NCBI GenBank assembly: GCA_039794085.1
Contig: JBDIWC010000007.1
Coordinates: 1-64,000, forward strand
DNA length: 64,000 bases
Direction of reading: 5' to 3'
Origin: Gemmatimonadales bacterium
GTDB lineage: Bacteria > Gemmatimonadota > Gemmatimonadetes > Gemmatimonadales > GWC2-71-9
In this document: in pieces, positions 17,559 to 27,302 of the stretch
Numbering within the stretch: position 1 is the first letter of the stretch
Layout: the number at the start of each line of letters is the position of its first letter
Notes under the pieces: model-generated
Seen by the model: the letters and a program-made list of their open reading frames with translations, nothing else
What the model was told of the DNA's origin: nothing
Database searches by the model: none
Made by a program: the position numbers and the translations under genes

Positions 17559-18407
17559 TTACTGGTTCCCGTTCTGTTCCCGGCGGCGGCGGATGTATCC
17601 CACACCGGCGAGGCTCACCAGCCCGGTGGCGAGGAGGCCCATAGTCAAGGGCTCCGGGGTGGCGGTCACGGAGATCAGGTAGTCGTTGTAGTCGGAGTCC
17701 CGGAAGAAGCCGTTCGGGAGCAACTCCAAGCCGTTGTCCTCCGCACCGACCAGATACTGGCCCAAGCCAGCGTTCACGTTGGAGGTGGAGAAGAGGGCGA
17801 ACTGCTGGAAGGGAGCGGTGGTGAATCCCCCGGTTGCGTCGGAGCAATTGGTGAACGCGGCGCATGAACTGTTGGGGTTGAAGGCATTCTTGATGAAGAA
17901 GCCCCAATCCTGCCCCGGAGCAATCGTGTAGGTCGACCCGACGGTTTTGCTGCCGAAGGCCGGGATGTTCTGGAAGGTGTAGGCCCCGGTGGACGACCTC
18001 GTGAAGATACCGATCTGGCTGGCCCGACCTGCCACGGCCCCGAGAAGCGTCAGGTTGTACCCGTCGGCGCCGGAGAACATGAAGGCGGGAGATCCGAACC
18101 CGCTGGCCCCGTTGCCCCAGTAATAGCTATAGCCGCCCTGGTTGGCGAAGGTACCGGAAGTCTGGTTGACGCAGTTGGCGTTGAAGTTTCCGGTGGCAAA
18201 GAAACCGACGTTGCAGTTGGTGGCCGCCCCGGAGTTGTCAGCACTGACATTGTCCCAGAAGGCACCGACATTCCGGGTCACATTGGCGGGCACGGCCAGG
18301 TTGGTGAACGCCCCCCCATCGCCGAGATCCAGAATCTGGGCGGTCGCCGGTGTGGCGGCCATGGCAAGGCCGAGAGCCGAAAGGGTGATGACGGAAAGTG
18401 GGCGCAT
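17559..18407 (-). CDS. PEP-CTERM surface protein with DUF4114-like motif
   Basis: Signal peptide ATA|Q; Asn/Ser/Thr/Gly-rich body; AEDNG...DSDYNDYLISV; C-terminal TPEP + TM helix + RRRR. Confidence 0.95.
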   Translation of the reverse strand: MRPLSVITLSALGLAMAATPATAQILDLGDGGAFTNLAVPANVTRNVGAFWDNVSADNSGAATNCNVGFFATGNFNANCVNQTSGTFANQGGYSYYWGNGASGFGSPAFMFSGADGYNLTLLGAVAGRASQIGIFTRSSTGAYTFQNIPAFGSKTVGSTYTIAPGQDWGFFIKNAFNPNSSCAAFTNCSDATGGFTTAPFQQFALFSTSNVNAGLGQYLVGAEDNGLELLPNGFFRDSDYNDYLISVTATPEPLTMGLLATGLVSLAGVGYIRRRREQNGNQ

Positions 18408-18519
18408 ACGTTACTCCAGAATTTCGAGTGGTCCAGCGTTTCAAGAATCTTCGGAGCAACCGGGGATCCGATGACAACGCTGGTCGTCAGGAATCTGGTC
18501 ACTGTCGAACAAAACGGCT

Positions 18520-18535
18520 CGCAACTACTGTGCCG
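18520..18535 (-). promoter_or_regulatory. Sigma54 -24/-12 promoter of the PEP-CTERM gene
   Basis: CGGCACAGTAGTTGCG, near-consensus. Confidence 0.8.
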
Positions 18536-18652
18536 GGAACCAGGATCAGGGCGTGCTTCGCAAACTACTGATAGAGAATGACTTAGGGACAATTGCCATT
18601 TCTTGCAGTCGTCGCATTACCGCTCGGGGATGTGGGGATACCACGAACCTTT

Positions 18653-18668
18653 GTGGTGTGACCGCAAC
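18653..18668. promoter_or_regulatory. Putative enhancer palindrome upstream of the PEP-CTERM promoter
   Basis: GTGGTGTGACCGCAAC (reverse complement GTTGCGGTCACACCAC); an AT-rich IHF-like tract at ~18562-18586 lies between it and the promoter. Confidence 0.55.
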
Positions 18669-18670
18669 AA

Positions 18671-19867
18671 TCACGGGGTTGCCGCCCCATTCTCCGGTCG
18701 ACGGGTCGGTTCCCAGACGGGGTCGAGCTCTCCCCGCAGGGCGCGAAACCATGCCACCAGACCTGCGACGGCCGCACTGGCCGCGAACGTGACCATGGCG
18801 ACAGGCCGGGCCAGTCTCGCCCCCCTGGCCTCCAACCACAAGCCCGCGGCGGCTACCACGACCACGATCCCCATCATTCCCCAGAGAACCCGGGCGGGGG
18901 GCCAAGCCAGGCCCAGCACCCCGAGGCCCGCAAGGGCAAGAGGCAGGGCCAGGAAAACCATCCACCGGAGGAGCTTGTGGACCAGGAGCATCCAGGCGAA
19001 CGAGCCGTACTCCCGGGGATTCAGGAGGTGTCGCTTGAACCAGAGAGTCTCGAGGCCCCGGGTCATGGTTCGCACCTTCCTCCGGTATTCCGCCCGCAGC
19101 GTGGTCGTCCGGGGAACGAGGGCCGTCGCCTTGTCGACGGACACTGATCGGAATCCATGCTCCCGCGCGATCAATGGGGACGCGAAGTCCCGGCTCAGCG
19201 CCTCTGGAAAGATGGAATCGAAGAGGCCGCGCCGGATACCATAGAAGCACCCGCTCGCCCCCACAATCGAGGAGACGCGGGTTTCCATCCGGCGCACCCA
19301 CATTTCGTAGCCCACATAGCGGGATTCCCCTCGGTTGGCATCGCGCTTCAGGGAACTCACACTGATATCCCGTCCCGAGGCCACGCCCACGGTCGGATCC
19401 CGGAAGGCCGCCACCAGGGCCTTGAGGGAACCCTGCTGGATCCGAATTGTCGCATCGGTATTGACCACGATGGTTCCCCTGAGCGCCGGGGCCACCGCGT
19501 TCTCCGCCGCGGTCTTCCCTCCCCGGCGGGGGAGCCGAATCAACCTCACTCCCCGGTCGGCGAACTCCGCCACAATGTCATCCGTGCCATCGGTGCTGGC
19601 GTCGGAAATCACGACGATGTGCCTGCGGTCGGGAGGATAGTCCAACGCCAGCAGTGATTCGAGCGTCCCCCGGATGGCCCCAGCCTCATTGTAGACCGGC
19701 ACCGAGATCGTGACCTCCGGCCACTCTTCCCCACCACTCCCGTGATTGGACGGGGGCGCGACCCGGTGCCGCGCTGGCACCAGCGCGAGCACCATGGGGT
19801 AGACCATGTAGGCCGCCGCGAAAAGGAGCACCGGCACGGAGATGAGGAGCAGGGCCACCCAGATCAT
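18671..19867 (-). CDS. Membrane GT2 glycosyltransferase
   Basis: N-terminal TM; VPVYNE, ISDASTDGT, GKTAAEN, NTDAT; C-terminal TMs; ATGA overlap. Confidence 0.92.
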   Translation of the reverse strand: MIWVALLLISVPVLLFAAAYMVYPMVLALVPARHRVAPPSNHGSGGEEWPEVTISVPVYNEAGAIRGTLESLLALDYPPDRRHIVVISDASTDGTDDIVAEFADRGVRLIRLPRRGGKTAAENAVAPALRGTIVVNTDATIRIQQGSLKALVAAFRDPTVGVASGRDISVSSLKRDANRGESRYVGYEMWVRRMETRVSSIVGASGCFYGIRRGLFDSIFPEALSRDFASPLIAREHGFRSVSVDKATALVPRTTTLRAEYRRKVRTMTRGLETLWFKRHLLNPREYGSFAWMLLVHKLLRWMVFLALPLALAGLGVLGLAWPPARVLWGMMGIVVVVAAAGLWLEARGARLARPVAMVTFAASAAVAGLVAWFRALRGELDPVWEPTRRPENGAATP

Positions 19868-20988
19868 GCGCGCGGAACTCCTGGTCGGGGCACAACATCG
19901 GTGTAGAGTGCCACATGGGAATCCAACCATTCGCTGTACCGCACGCTCCCGTCCCGGTCGGCCACCTCCCGTGCCCGGACCCGTGCGGAATCCATGTGTT
20001 CCACTGTTTCGCGAATCGCCCGGGCCAGGGCCTCGGGATCGGCTGGTGGAACCAGCACGCCGTCCTCACGGATCAGGTCGGGTACGCCGCCCACGGCCGT
20101 GGCCACGACCGGCGTTCCCGCGGCAAGCGCTTCGAGGACGATCATCGGGGTCCCTTCGGTTCGAGAACTGAGCACCAGCATGTCAAACGCCCGAAGAAGG
20201 CGGCCGGCGCCCGGCACGGCTCCGTGCCAGGTCACCCTTTCCGCCAGCCCCAGACGCCGCGATTCCGACAGGAGAAAACCCCGCTCCGGGCCATCCCCGA
20301 GAACCGATACCTGCACCGGGAGGTCGGGGACCCGGGACAAGGCCTCGAGCAGAATGTCCGCTCCCTTTTCCCGTCCCAGTCGTCCCGCCCAGCCGAGAGT
20401 GAGTCGCTCCCCCTCTATCCCGAGACTCGACCTCGCCTCCTCCCGGGAGAGAAAGGTCCCCGGAGAGAGCGCGTTCGGTATGCAGCGCAGTCCCGCCGAG
20501 GGGACCCCAGCCCGGGCCAGCCGGTCCCGAATGGCGCGAGATACCGCCACCACGCCGTCCGCCCGCCGAAGAGCGCGGAACTGGAGCCACTCGTACATCC
20601 GGTTTTTCCAATCCCCCCCCGTGAAACCGTGCACCGTGCTCACCTGGGCCCACCCGGCCCTCCGGGCAGCGATGCCTCCCACTACGTCGGAGCGATGCCC
20701 GTGGGTATGGAGCACACCTCCCCCCGGGGGCAACACACCCACGAGATCATTCACCTCCCGATCATACCGGCGACGGGGAGGGGTGATCGGCAGCACCTCG
20801 AGCCCGAGGGCTCGCGCCCGATCCACAAACGGGTGGCCCTCCGCCCCCCCCCCGTCCAGCACCGCCACCACCCGCACTCGAATTCCCCGTCCGCTCTGCC
20901 CGGCCGCCAGCCCGAGGACGACCTCCTCCAGCCCACCAAATAGGGCCGGGGCAAGGAGATGCACTACAGGCCAGTCAGACCGTTGCAT
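19864..20988 (-). CDS. GT4 glycosyltransferase
   Basis: GGLEEVV, LHTHG, GRLGREKG, SRTEGTPMIVLEALAAG, ATAVGGVP. Confidence 0.93.
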   Translation of the reverse strand: MQRSDWPVVHLLAPALFGGLEEVVLGLAAGQSGRGIRVRVVAVLDGGGAEGHPFVDRARALGLEVLPITPPRRRYDREVNDLVGVLPPGGGVLHTHGHRSDVVGGIAARRAGWAQVSTVHGFTGGDWKNRMYEWLQFRALRRADGVVAVSRAIRDRLARAGVPSAGLRCIPNALSPGTFLSREEARSSLGIEGERLTLGWAGRLGREKGADILLEALSRVPDLPVQVSVLGDGPERGFLLSESRRLGLAERVTWHGAVPGAGRLLRAFDMLVLSSRTEGTPMIVLEALAAGTPVVATAVGGVPDLIREDGVLVPPADPEALARAIRETVEHMDSARVRAREVADRDGSVRYSEWLDSHVALYTDVVPRPGVPRA

Positions 20989-21018
20989 TGATCCAACTTA
21001 CCGTTGCGACACCGCAAC
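20982..21018. promoter_or_regulatory. Tandem putative enhancer palindromes
   Basis: GTTGCATTGATCCAAC (20982) and GTTGCGACACCGCAAC (21003), 21 bp apart. Confidence 0.7.
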
Positions 21019-21092
21019 ATATCACGAGCTTCCCTTTCATCACGGAATTCAAGCCGGGTCTGGGGGATCAGGTCCACCAAGACTCGTTCAAC

Positions 21093-21108
21093 CGGCACGG
21101 GTCTGGCA
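21093..21108 (+). promoter_or_regulatory. Sigma54 -24/-12 promoter
   Basis: CGGCACGGGTCTGGCA, GG-N10-GC. Confidence 0.65.
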
Positions 21109-21173
21109 GTTCGGGAGCGATGGAAGATACGTACCACCCCGAACGCCCCTTCACTCGATTGGCAAAGCGGACC

Positions 21174-23345
21174 ATGTCTCCAGCCCACACGCTGATCACG
21201 AGGGGTCCACTGTCCATCGTCATGCTCGGCACCGTGCTCCTGGCCATCGGGGTCCTGCATCCAGTCTTCCAGTCCGCGGACGGGTTTCGCGCCGAGATCA
21301 TCCTCCCCCTGGTGGCGGGGCTGGGGTTGGTGACGATCGGAGCGACCTCCCGTTCAAGCTTCGCCCCTTGTGCACGCTGGGCCGTCCTTGGGGGTGCCGG
21401 CCATGCGGCGACCCTCCTGCTGACGAAGGCGGGGCCCGCCCTCCGGTACCAGCACCTCTCCACCTTCTCCGAACTGGTGTCCTCCCCGGAGCGCGCCGGG
21501 CTCCTGCTCATCCTGGTCACCCAGGCGCTCGTGGTGGGTTGGGCCGTTCACCGGCGTCGCGCCGGGTGGCCCACGCTCGTGACGGGATGGAGGCTGGTCC
21601 TGTTCCTCGGGATGTGGTTTCTCTCCTCCGCCACCCTCGGTCGGCCGGTCATCACGTACCCTCAGGAACTGCTGTTCGCCTTCTCTCTCCAACTCCTGCA
21701 CACCGCCACTCTCCTCCTCGCCATCCTTTCGCTCCCCGCCGACACCGCCGAGCGGCTGGCATCCTGGGTTCGGCGCGGATCCGATCCGGGGAGGGAGGAA
21801 GACCACGCGGTGTCCCCCCCGTTCCTTGACCGGTTCATACTGGGGTGCGCCCTCTTCTCCACTGTGGCCGCCGCCACACTCGCATGGTTCGTCTACGAGC
21901 GGCACCCCCACGTTCCTGACGAGGTGGCCTACCTGCTGCAGGCCCGTACGTTCGCCGAGGGCTGGCTCGCACTCCCGTCCCCTCCGGTGCCTGAGGCGTT
22001 CGAAACCTACCTCTCGGATTTCGGATTCCGAGGGTGGACCATCGCCGTGCCACCCGGGTGGCCCGCCGCCCTGGCGATCGGCGTCGCGGTCGGCGCGGGC
22101 TGGCTCGTCAACCCGCTCCTCGCGGGGGTGAACGTTGTCCTCGCGGGCCTGGTTCTGTCGCGACTCTACACCCGAGGGACGACGCGGTGGGCCGTTCTCC
22201 TCCTGGCCACCTCACCCTGGCATCTCTTCCTCGGCATGAGCTACATGACCCACATGTGGACCCTCGCCTGCGCCCTCCTTGCGACCCTCGGTGTTCTCCA
22301 GGCACGGGACACGGGGCAGGCACGGTGGACCTGGCTCGGGGGCATCGCCCTCGGCGTCATGGGGGTCACGCGACAACTCGATGCGATGATCCTGGCCCTC
22401 CTGCTCGGGATCTGGGCCCTCGGCCTGGGCGGGCGACGTCTCCGCACCAGCGCCATCGCCGGACTCGTTCTGGGCGGTGCCCTGGGGGCATCGCCCGTTC
22501 TGGCCTACAACAAGTACCTCACGGGGAATGCCCTCACCTTTCCCGTGATGGAATTCATCTCGGCGCGCTTCGGGCCGGGGGCCAACGCCTACGGATTCGG
22601 ACCGGACCGGGGAATGGGGTGGCCCCTGGACCCCCGCCCGGGCCACGACGTCCTCGATGGGCTGCTGAACACCAACCTGAATGTCACCGCGATGCACGCT
22701 GATCTCTTCGGGTGGCCGATCGGGTCGCTGGTGCTGGTGTTTCTGGTGTTGGTGACGCGCATTCGCGGATCGGACCGGCTCATGGTGGTGGCGTGTGCGA
22801 CGGTCGCGGCGGCGTACTTCCTCAATTACTTCTCGGGGGGACCGGACTTCGGAGCCCGGTACTGGCACCTGATGGCGGTTCCTCTGGCGGCCCTCACAGC
22901 GAGTGGCATCGGAATTGTGGGGCGCGGCCTTGGAGGTCCCGCGGGTGAGGGTCGGGCACACCTCGGGCTCGCTTTCCTGGTGATCAGCGGTCTTGTCCTC
23001 TTCGTCCCCTGGCGATCCCTGGACAAGTACAGGGATTTCCGGGGCATGCGTCCCGATATCCGCCAATTGGCGGGCGAGTTCTCCCCCGGACCCTCTCTGA
23101 TTCTGATCCGGGGCCGGGACATGCCCGACTATGCCTCCGCCGTCATCTACAACCCCGCGTTGGTGGCGGGCCCGGGTCCGGTGTACGCCTGGGACCGCTC
23201 TCCCGCAGTCCGATCCCGGCTGCTCGACGCCTATCCCAATCATCGCGTCTGGGTGGTCTCGGGGCCATCCGAAACCGGAGCGGGATACCGCGTGGACATC
23301 GGGCCCTTGTCTCCCAGCCAGGCCCGGGCGGTTCTGCTCCGATGA
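21174..23345 (+). CDS. GT-C fold (ArnT/PMT-like) polytopic glycosyltransferase
   Basis: Many TMs; PHVPDEVAYLLQARTFA acidic loop; PPGWPA; FGARYW; start approximate. Confidence 0.8.
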   Translation: MSPAHTLITRGPLSIVMLGTVLLAIGVLHPVFQSADGFRAEIILPLVAGLGLVTIGATSRSSFAPCARWAVLGGAGHAATLLLTKAGPALRYQHLSTFSELVSSPERAGLLLILVTQALVVGWAVHRRRAGWPTLVTGWRLVLFLGMWFLSSATLGRPVITYPQELLFAFSLQLLHTATLLLAILSLPADTAERLASWVRRGSDPGREEDHAVSPPFLDRFILGCALFSTVAAATLAWFVYERHPHVPDEVAYLLQARTFAEGWLALPSPPVPEAFETYLSDFGFRGWTIAVPPGWPAALAIGVAVGAGWLVNPLLAGVNVVLAGLVLSRLYTRGTTRWAVLLLATSPWHLFLGMSYMTHMWTLACALLATLGVLQARDTGQARWTWLGGIALGVMGVTRQLDAMILALLLGIWALGLGGRRLRTSAIAGLVLGGALGASPVLAYNKYLTGNALTFPVMEFISARFGPGANAYGFGPDRGMGWPLDPRPGHDVLDGLLNTNLNVTAMHADLFGWPIGSLVLVFLVLVTRIRGSDRLMVVACATVAAAYFLNYFSGGPDFGARYWHLMAVPLAALTASGIGIVGRGLGGPAGEGRAHLGLAFLVISGLVLFVPWRSLDKYRDFRGMRPDIRQLAGEFSPGPSLILIRGRDMPDYASAVIYNPALVAGPGPVYAWDRSPAVRSRLLDAYPNHRVWVVSGPSETGAGYRVDIGPLSPSQARAVLLR

Positions 23346-24349
23346 CAGCACCACCCGAGACGGAGTCGTGGATGACGGTGTACCGCGATGTTCCGGTCCT
23401 GATCCTCGGAGCCACCGGCTTCATCGGCCGCTGGGTGGCCAGGTATCTCACCGCCGCGGGAGCTGAGCTGCACCTGGGGGTCCGATCCAGGGAGGGATTG
23501 AAGACTCTCGAGCGGGAGTACGGGATTCGAGGACATCCCGTGGAGATGGACCTGGAGCGAGACCGATCCGTCGCAGCTACCGTGCGCGGCTGTCGACCCG
23601 CCATCGTTTTCAATCTGGCCGGGTATGGAGTGGCCCGGGAGGAGACCGATCCAGGAAAGTCACAGCGAATCAACGCGAACAGCGTGAGTCATCTGGTGTC
23701 CGACCTGGTAGGGGCGAGTTCGGCTCCGGGGTGGCCTGGTCTCCGCCTGGTTCAGGCAGGTTCCGTCCTGGAATACGGGCCGGTCGGGGGAGACCTGGAC
23801 GAGGCAACGGTGGCGCGTCCCAACACGGTGTACGGGAAGAGCAAACTGGAGGGGACCGCACACATCGTGGAGGCGGTCACTCGTGGCACCCTCGACGCCG
23901 TAGTGGCCCGGTTGTTCACCGTATACGGCCCGGGAGAGCATCCGGGACGGCTGCTCCCCACTCTTATCGCTGCGCGGAAGACCGGGGGGCCGGTGCCACT
24001 GACCCTGGGTGCTCAGCGGCGAGACTTCCTCTGGGTGGGTGATGTGGCAAGCGGTCTCCTGCGCCTGGGGGCAACACCCCCGCGCTCTCCGGCGGCGGCG
24101 ACCCCGGAGCCCATCGTGAACCTGTGCACCGGACGCCTCACCGAAGTGCGGACCTTTGTCCGAGAAGCCGCGGGGCTCCTCGGGATTCCCGAGGAGCGCC
24201 TGGGATTCGGGCTCCAATCCGACCCCCGCGTGGAACTGGAGCACGCACCCGCCACGGCCGCACGGCTTCGAGCGCGCGTTGGCTGGGTGCCGGGGACGCT
24301 CCCGAGAGAGGGAATCCGCCGCACTCTGGACTTCCTGGGGGGGTCCTGA
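23342..24349 (+). CDS. NAD-dependent epimerase/dehydratase/reductase
   Basis: GATGFIG, YGKSK, RLFTVYGPGE, RRDFLWV. Confidence 0.9.
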   Translation: MTAPPETESWMTVYRDVPVLILGATGFIGRWVARYLTAAGAELHLGVRSREGLKTLEREYGIRGHPVEMDLERDRSVAATVRGCRPAIVFNLAGYGVAREETDPGKSQRINANSVSHLVSDLVGASSAPGWPGLRLVQAGSVLEYGPVGGDLDEATVARPNTVYGKSKLEGTAHIVEAVTRGTLDAVVARLFTVYGPGEHPGRLLPTLIAARKTGGPVPLTLGAQRRDFLWVGDVASGLLRLGATPPRSPAAATPEPIVNLCTGRLTEVRTFVREAAGLLGIPEERLGFGLQSDPRVELEHAPATAARLRARVGWVPGTLPREGIRRTLDFLGGS

Positions 24350-24350
24350 C

Positions 24351-24366
24351 CGGCACGGGACTTGCT
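24351..24366 (+). promoter_or_regulatory. Sigma54 -24/-12 promoter
   Basis: CGGCACGGGACTTGCT, near-perfect consensus, starting 2 nt after the upstream stop. Confidence 0.8.
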
Positions 24367-24451
24367 CCTGAGTGTCCCGATATCGAGACCCACCCGATCC
24401 TGCAACATCCCCTCGTTGCACGGTTCGCCCCTGACCCACGGGAGCCATCGC

Positions 24452-26512
24452 ATGCTCGTGTATCTGGCCGACCTTGGGCACAATCAGGTCACCCTGAGCT
24501 CGGACATCTACCCGATCTCCGTGGCTAACTGCGCGGCCTACGCGCAGGCGAATATCCGGAGTCGCCACCGAGTGGACTTCCGCGTCTTCCGGGAACCGGA
24601 AGATCTGATCGCCGCCCTGGACGCACAGTCCCCCGACGTTCTGGGGCTGAGCAGCTTTGCCTGGAACCATAACCTCTCCCGCCACTTGGCCCGCCACGCC
24701 AAGCGCCGGTCAGCCGGGACCGTTACGCTGATGGGAGGTCCGAACTATCCCCTCACCGCACCTGAACAGCAGGAATGGCTCGCGGGGATGCCCGAGATCG
24801 ACATCGCCGTGCGGGGACCAACCTACGAGGGGGAACGGGCCTTCGTCTCCATGTTGCAGCGGCTGGTGGACGTGGACGGCCGGCTGGCGGAGGCGCGGGC
24901 CGAGCCGGTGCCCGGCAATCATTGGATCGATCCGCACGACGGACAACTGGTGTGTGGCCCGGCACTGGAGCGGATCCGGGACCTGGACGAGATCCCATCG
25001 CCCTATCTGACCGGGTGGATGGACCCCTACTACGCCAGTGGATATTTCCCCATGCTGCAGATCGCCCGGGGGTGTCCCTTCACGTGTCAGTTCTGCAACT
25101 CCTCAGTTCGGGACAACAGCAAGGTGTTTGCACATTCGGTCGAAAACGTCTGTGCCGACCTGGACCACATCGCCGCGCGGATCCGTCCGGAGATTCCCCT
25201 CTGCTTCGCGGACGACAACTTCGGGATGTATCCTCGCGACGAGGAGATCGCGGACTACCTGTCCCATTTGCAGGATCGCTTCGGGTGGCCGCGGTACATC
25301 CGGACCACGACGGGAAAGAATCAGCCCGAGAGGATCATTCGGGTCATGCGGAAGGTGCGCGGGGCGATGCCGATGACGTCGGCCGTGCAATCACTCAACC
25401 CGGTGGTTCTCGAGAACATCAAGCGTTCCAACATCAAGCTGGAGACCTACTCCGCGATCCAGGAGGAGGTCCTCGCGCAGGGGATGCAGAGTTACGGCGA
25501 GCTCATTCTGAGCATGCCCGGGGAGACCCGCGCCTCCTTCATGAAGGCCGTGGAGGCCCTTCTCGCGACGGGGGTCAAGCGGGTCTCCGCGCACCAGCTG
25601 ATGCTGCTGCATGGGGCCCCCCTGGCCAGCCGGGAGAGCCGGGAGCGGTTCGCGCTGGAGACCCGTTTCCGGCTCGTGGCCCGCAACATCGGAACCTACC
25701 TCGGAGAGGTGGTGGCGGAGGTGGAAGAGATGGTCGTGGCCACCCCCGACTTTCCGATCGAGGATTACTTCGAGGCCCGCATCTTCCATCTGCTGCTGAC
25801 GATCTTCCATTACGAAGGAAATTTCGAGGAGGCCTTTGCCCTGGCCCGGGAGAACGGGGTCAGCGCGTACGACCTCGTGGTCCGCCTGCAGCACCTCCTT
25901 CCCGAGGCTCCGGAAGCATTCCGGCGCCTGATCGCCGATTTCCGGCGGGAGAGCGAGGAAGAGCTCTTCCCCACGGCCGAGGCGTGCGAGGCCGCGGCCC
26001 GGGAGCGGTTCGCGGAGCTCCTGGATGGCAGCCTGGGAGGCAATCTGCTGAGCAAGTACTCGATGATCGGCCGGTTCTTTGTCACCCCGGACACCCTCGC
26101 GTTTCTGGAGAGCGGAGTCGCATCCGTTCTGGGCCTCACCCGCGCCTCGGAGTCACCCGAATTGGGCGACATCATGGCATACCTCCGGGCCGCGCTTCTC
26201 CACGTTCCCTTTGCCGAGGAGTTGGCCCGGACTCCCTGCTGGACCGGCCGATACGACATCGAGGCCTGGCGCGAGGACGGCTACGCCCGGCCTCTCGCAA
26301 CCTATGTCCTTCCGGATCCCGTGACCTTCGGCACCACGGTGGAATCCGGGCGGGCCGAGGCGATTCTCACGCGGCTCCGCACCTTCGGAGAGCACCCGCA
26401 GGGCATGGGAAAGTTCACTCGCACCATGTTTGCACGGGAACTGCGGCGCACCGTGACCGTCGGGGGATCCCCATCCCTCTCGGGCGAGGTACCGTCAACG
26501 CATGGAACCTGA
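24452..26512 (+). CDS. Cobalamin-binding radical SAM enzyme
   Basis: N-terminal B12-binding region (LGLSSFAWN, MGGPN, EGE); RGCPFTCQFC; ADDNFG. Confidence 0.92.
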   Translation: MLVYLADLGHNQVTLSSDIYPISVANCAAYAQANIRSRHRVDFRVFREPEDLIAALDAQSPDVLGLSSFAWNHNLSRHLARHAKRRSAGTVTLMGGPNYPLTAPEQQEWLAGMPEIDIAVRGPTYEGERAFVSMLQRLVDVDGRLAEARAEPVPGNHWIDPHDGQLVCGPALERIRDLDEIPSPYLTGWMDPYYASGYFPMLQIARGCPFTCQFCNSSVRDNSKVFAHSVENVCADLDHIAARIRPEIPLCFADDNFGMYPRDEEIADYLSHLQDRFGWPRYIRTTTGKNQPERIIRVMRKVRGAMPMTSAVQSLNPVVLENIKRSNIKLETYSAIQEEVLAQGMQSYGELILSMPGETRASFMKAVEALLATGVKRVSAHQLMLLHGAPLASRESRERFALETRFRLVARNIGTYLGEVVAEVEEMVVATPDFPIEDYFEARIFHLLLTIFHYEGNFEEAFALARENGVSAYDLVVRLQHLLPEAPEAFRRLIADFRRESEEELFPTAEACEAAARERFAELLDGSLGGNLLSKYSMIGRFFVTPDTLAFLESGVASVLGLTRASESPELGDIMAYLRAALLHVPFAEELARTPCWTGRYDIEAWREDGYARPLATYVLPDPVTFGTTVESGRAEAILTRLRTFGEHPQGMGKFTRTMFARELRRTVTVGGSPSLSGEVPSTHGT

Positions 26513-27302
26513 CGTTGTGCCGGGTGCGCCTCAGTTGTCCCTCATCGTCCCCTGCTACAACGAAGAGGAGGTCATCGGTCACACCCTCCCACGGCTCGCC
26601 GAAGCCTTTGCGGACGCGGGCATCCTGTTGGAGATGGTGGCGGTGGACAACGGATCGTCCGATCGGACCGGCGCCATCCTGCAGGATCTCGCGCGCCGGA
26701 TTCCGTCGATCCACCCCCACCGGGTCCCGATCAACCGGGGCTATGGCTATGGTGTGCTCCAGGGCATTCCGCACGCCCATGCCCCGTGGCTCGGCATCAT
26801 CCCGTGCGACGGGCAGGTAGATCCCGAGGACGTGGTCCGTCTCTTCCAGGCGGTGGCCGCCACCAACGGGAAGGTTCTGGGCAAGGTCCGGCGCCGGTTC
26901 CGGATGGACGGGCTCTCCCGAAAGGTGATTTCGGTGGCCTACAACCTGTTTGTCCGCCTGCTGTGGCCGCGCCTCGAGTCGATCGACATCAACGGCAGCC
27001 CCAAGATTCTTCCGCGCGACGTGGTTCTGGCGATGGATCTTCAGTCCCATGATTGGCTTCTGGACCCCGAGATCATGATCAAGGGACACTATGCCGGTCT
27101 GCGGGTGCTGGAGTTGAACGTGTTTGCGAGGATGCGAAGCGGGGGACGCTCGCATGTGACCGGAGGCACGGCGCTCCTCTTCGCACGGCAGCTGGTGCGA
27201 TCCCGCCTCGGGGGCGAGTGGCACGGTTCGCACTCGACACCGATCTCCGCAGGGGCGGCCGAGTCCCCACGCGGGCCCCGATCGGAGAGCTCAGCCCCAT
27301 GA
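26502..27302 (+). CDS. GT2 (polyprenol-phosphate glycosyltransferase-like)
   Basis: VPCYNEE, VDNGSSDRT, NRGYG, CDGQ, DING. Confidence 0.9.
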   Translation: MEPDVVPGAPQLSLIVPCYNEEEVIGHTLPRLAEAFADAGILLEMVAVDNGSSDRTGAILQDLARRIPSIHPHRVPINRGYGYGVLQGIPHAHAPWLGIIPCDGQVDPEDVVRLFQAVAATNGKVLGKVRRRFRMDGLSRKVISVAYNLFVRLLWPRLESIDINGSPKILPRDVVLAMDLQSHDWLLDPEIMIKGHYAGLRVLELNVFARMRSGGRSHVTGGTALLFARQLVRSRLGGEWHGSHSTPISAGAAESPRGPRSESSAP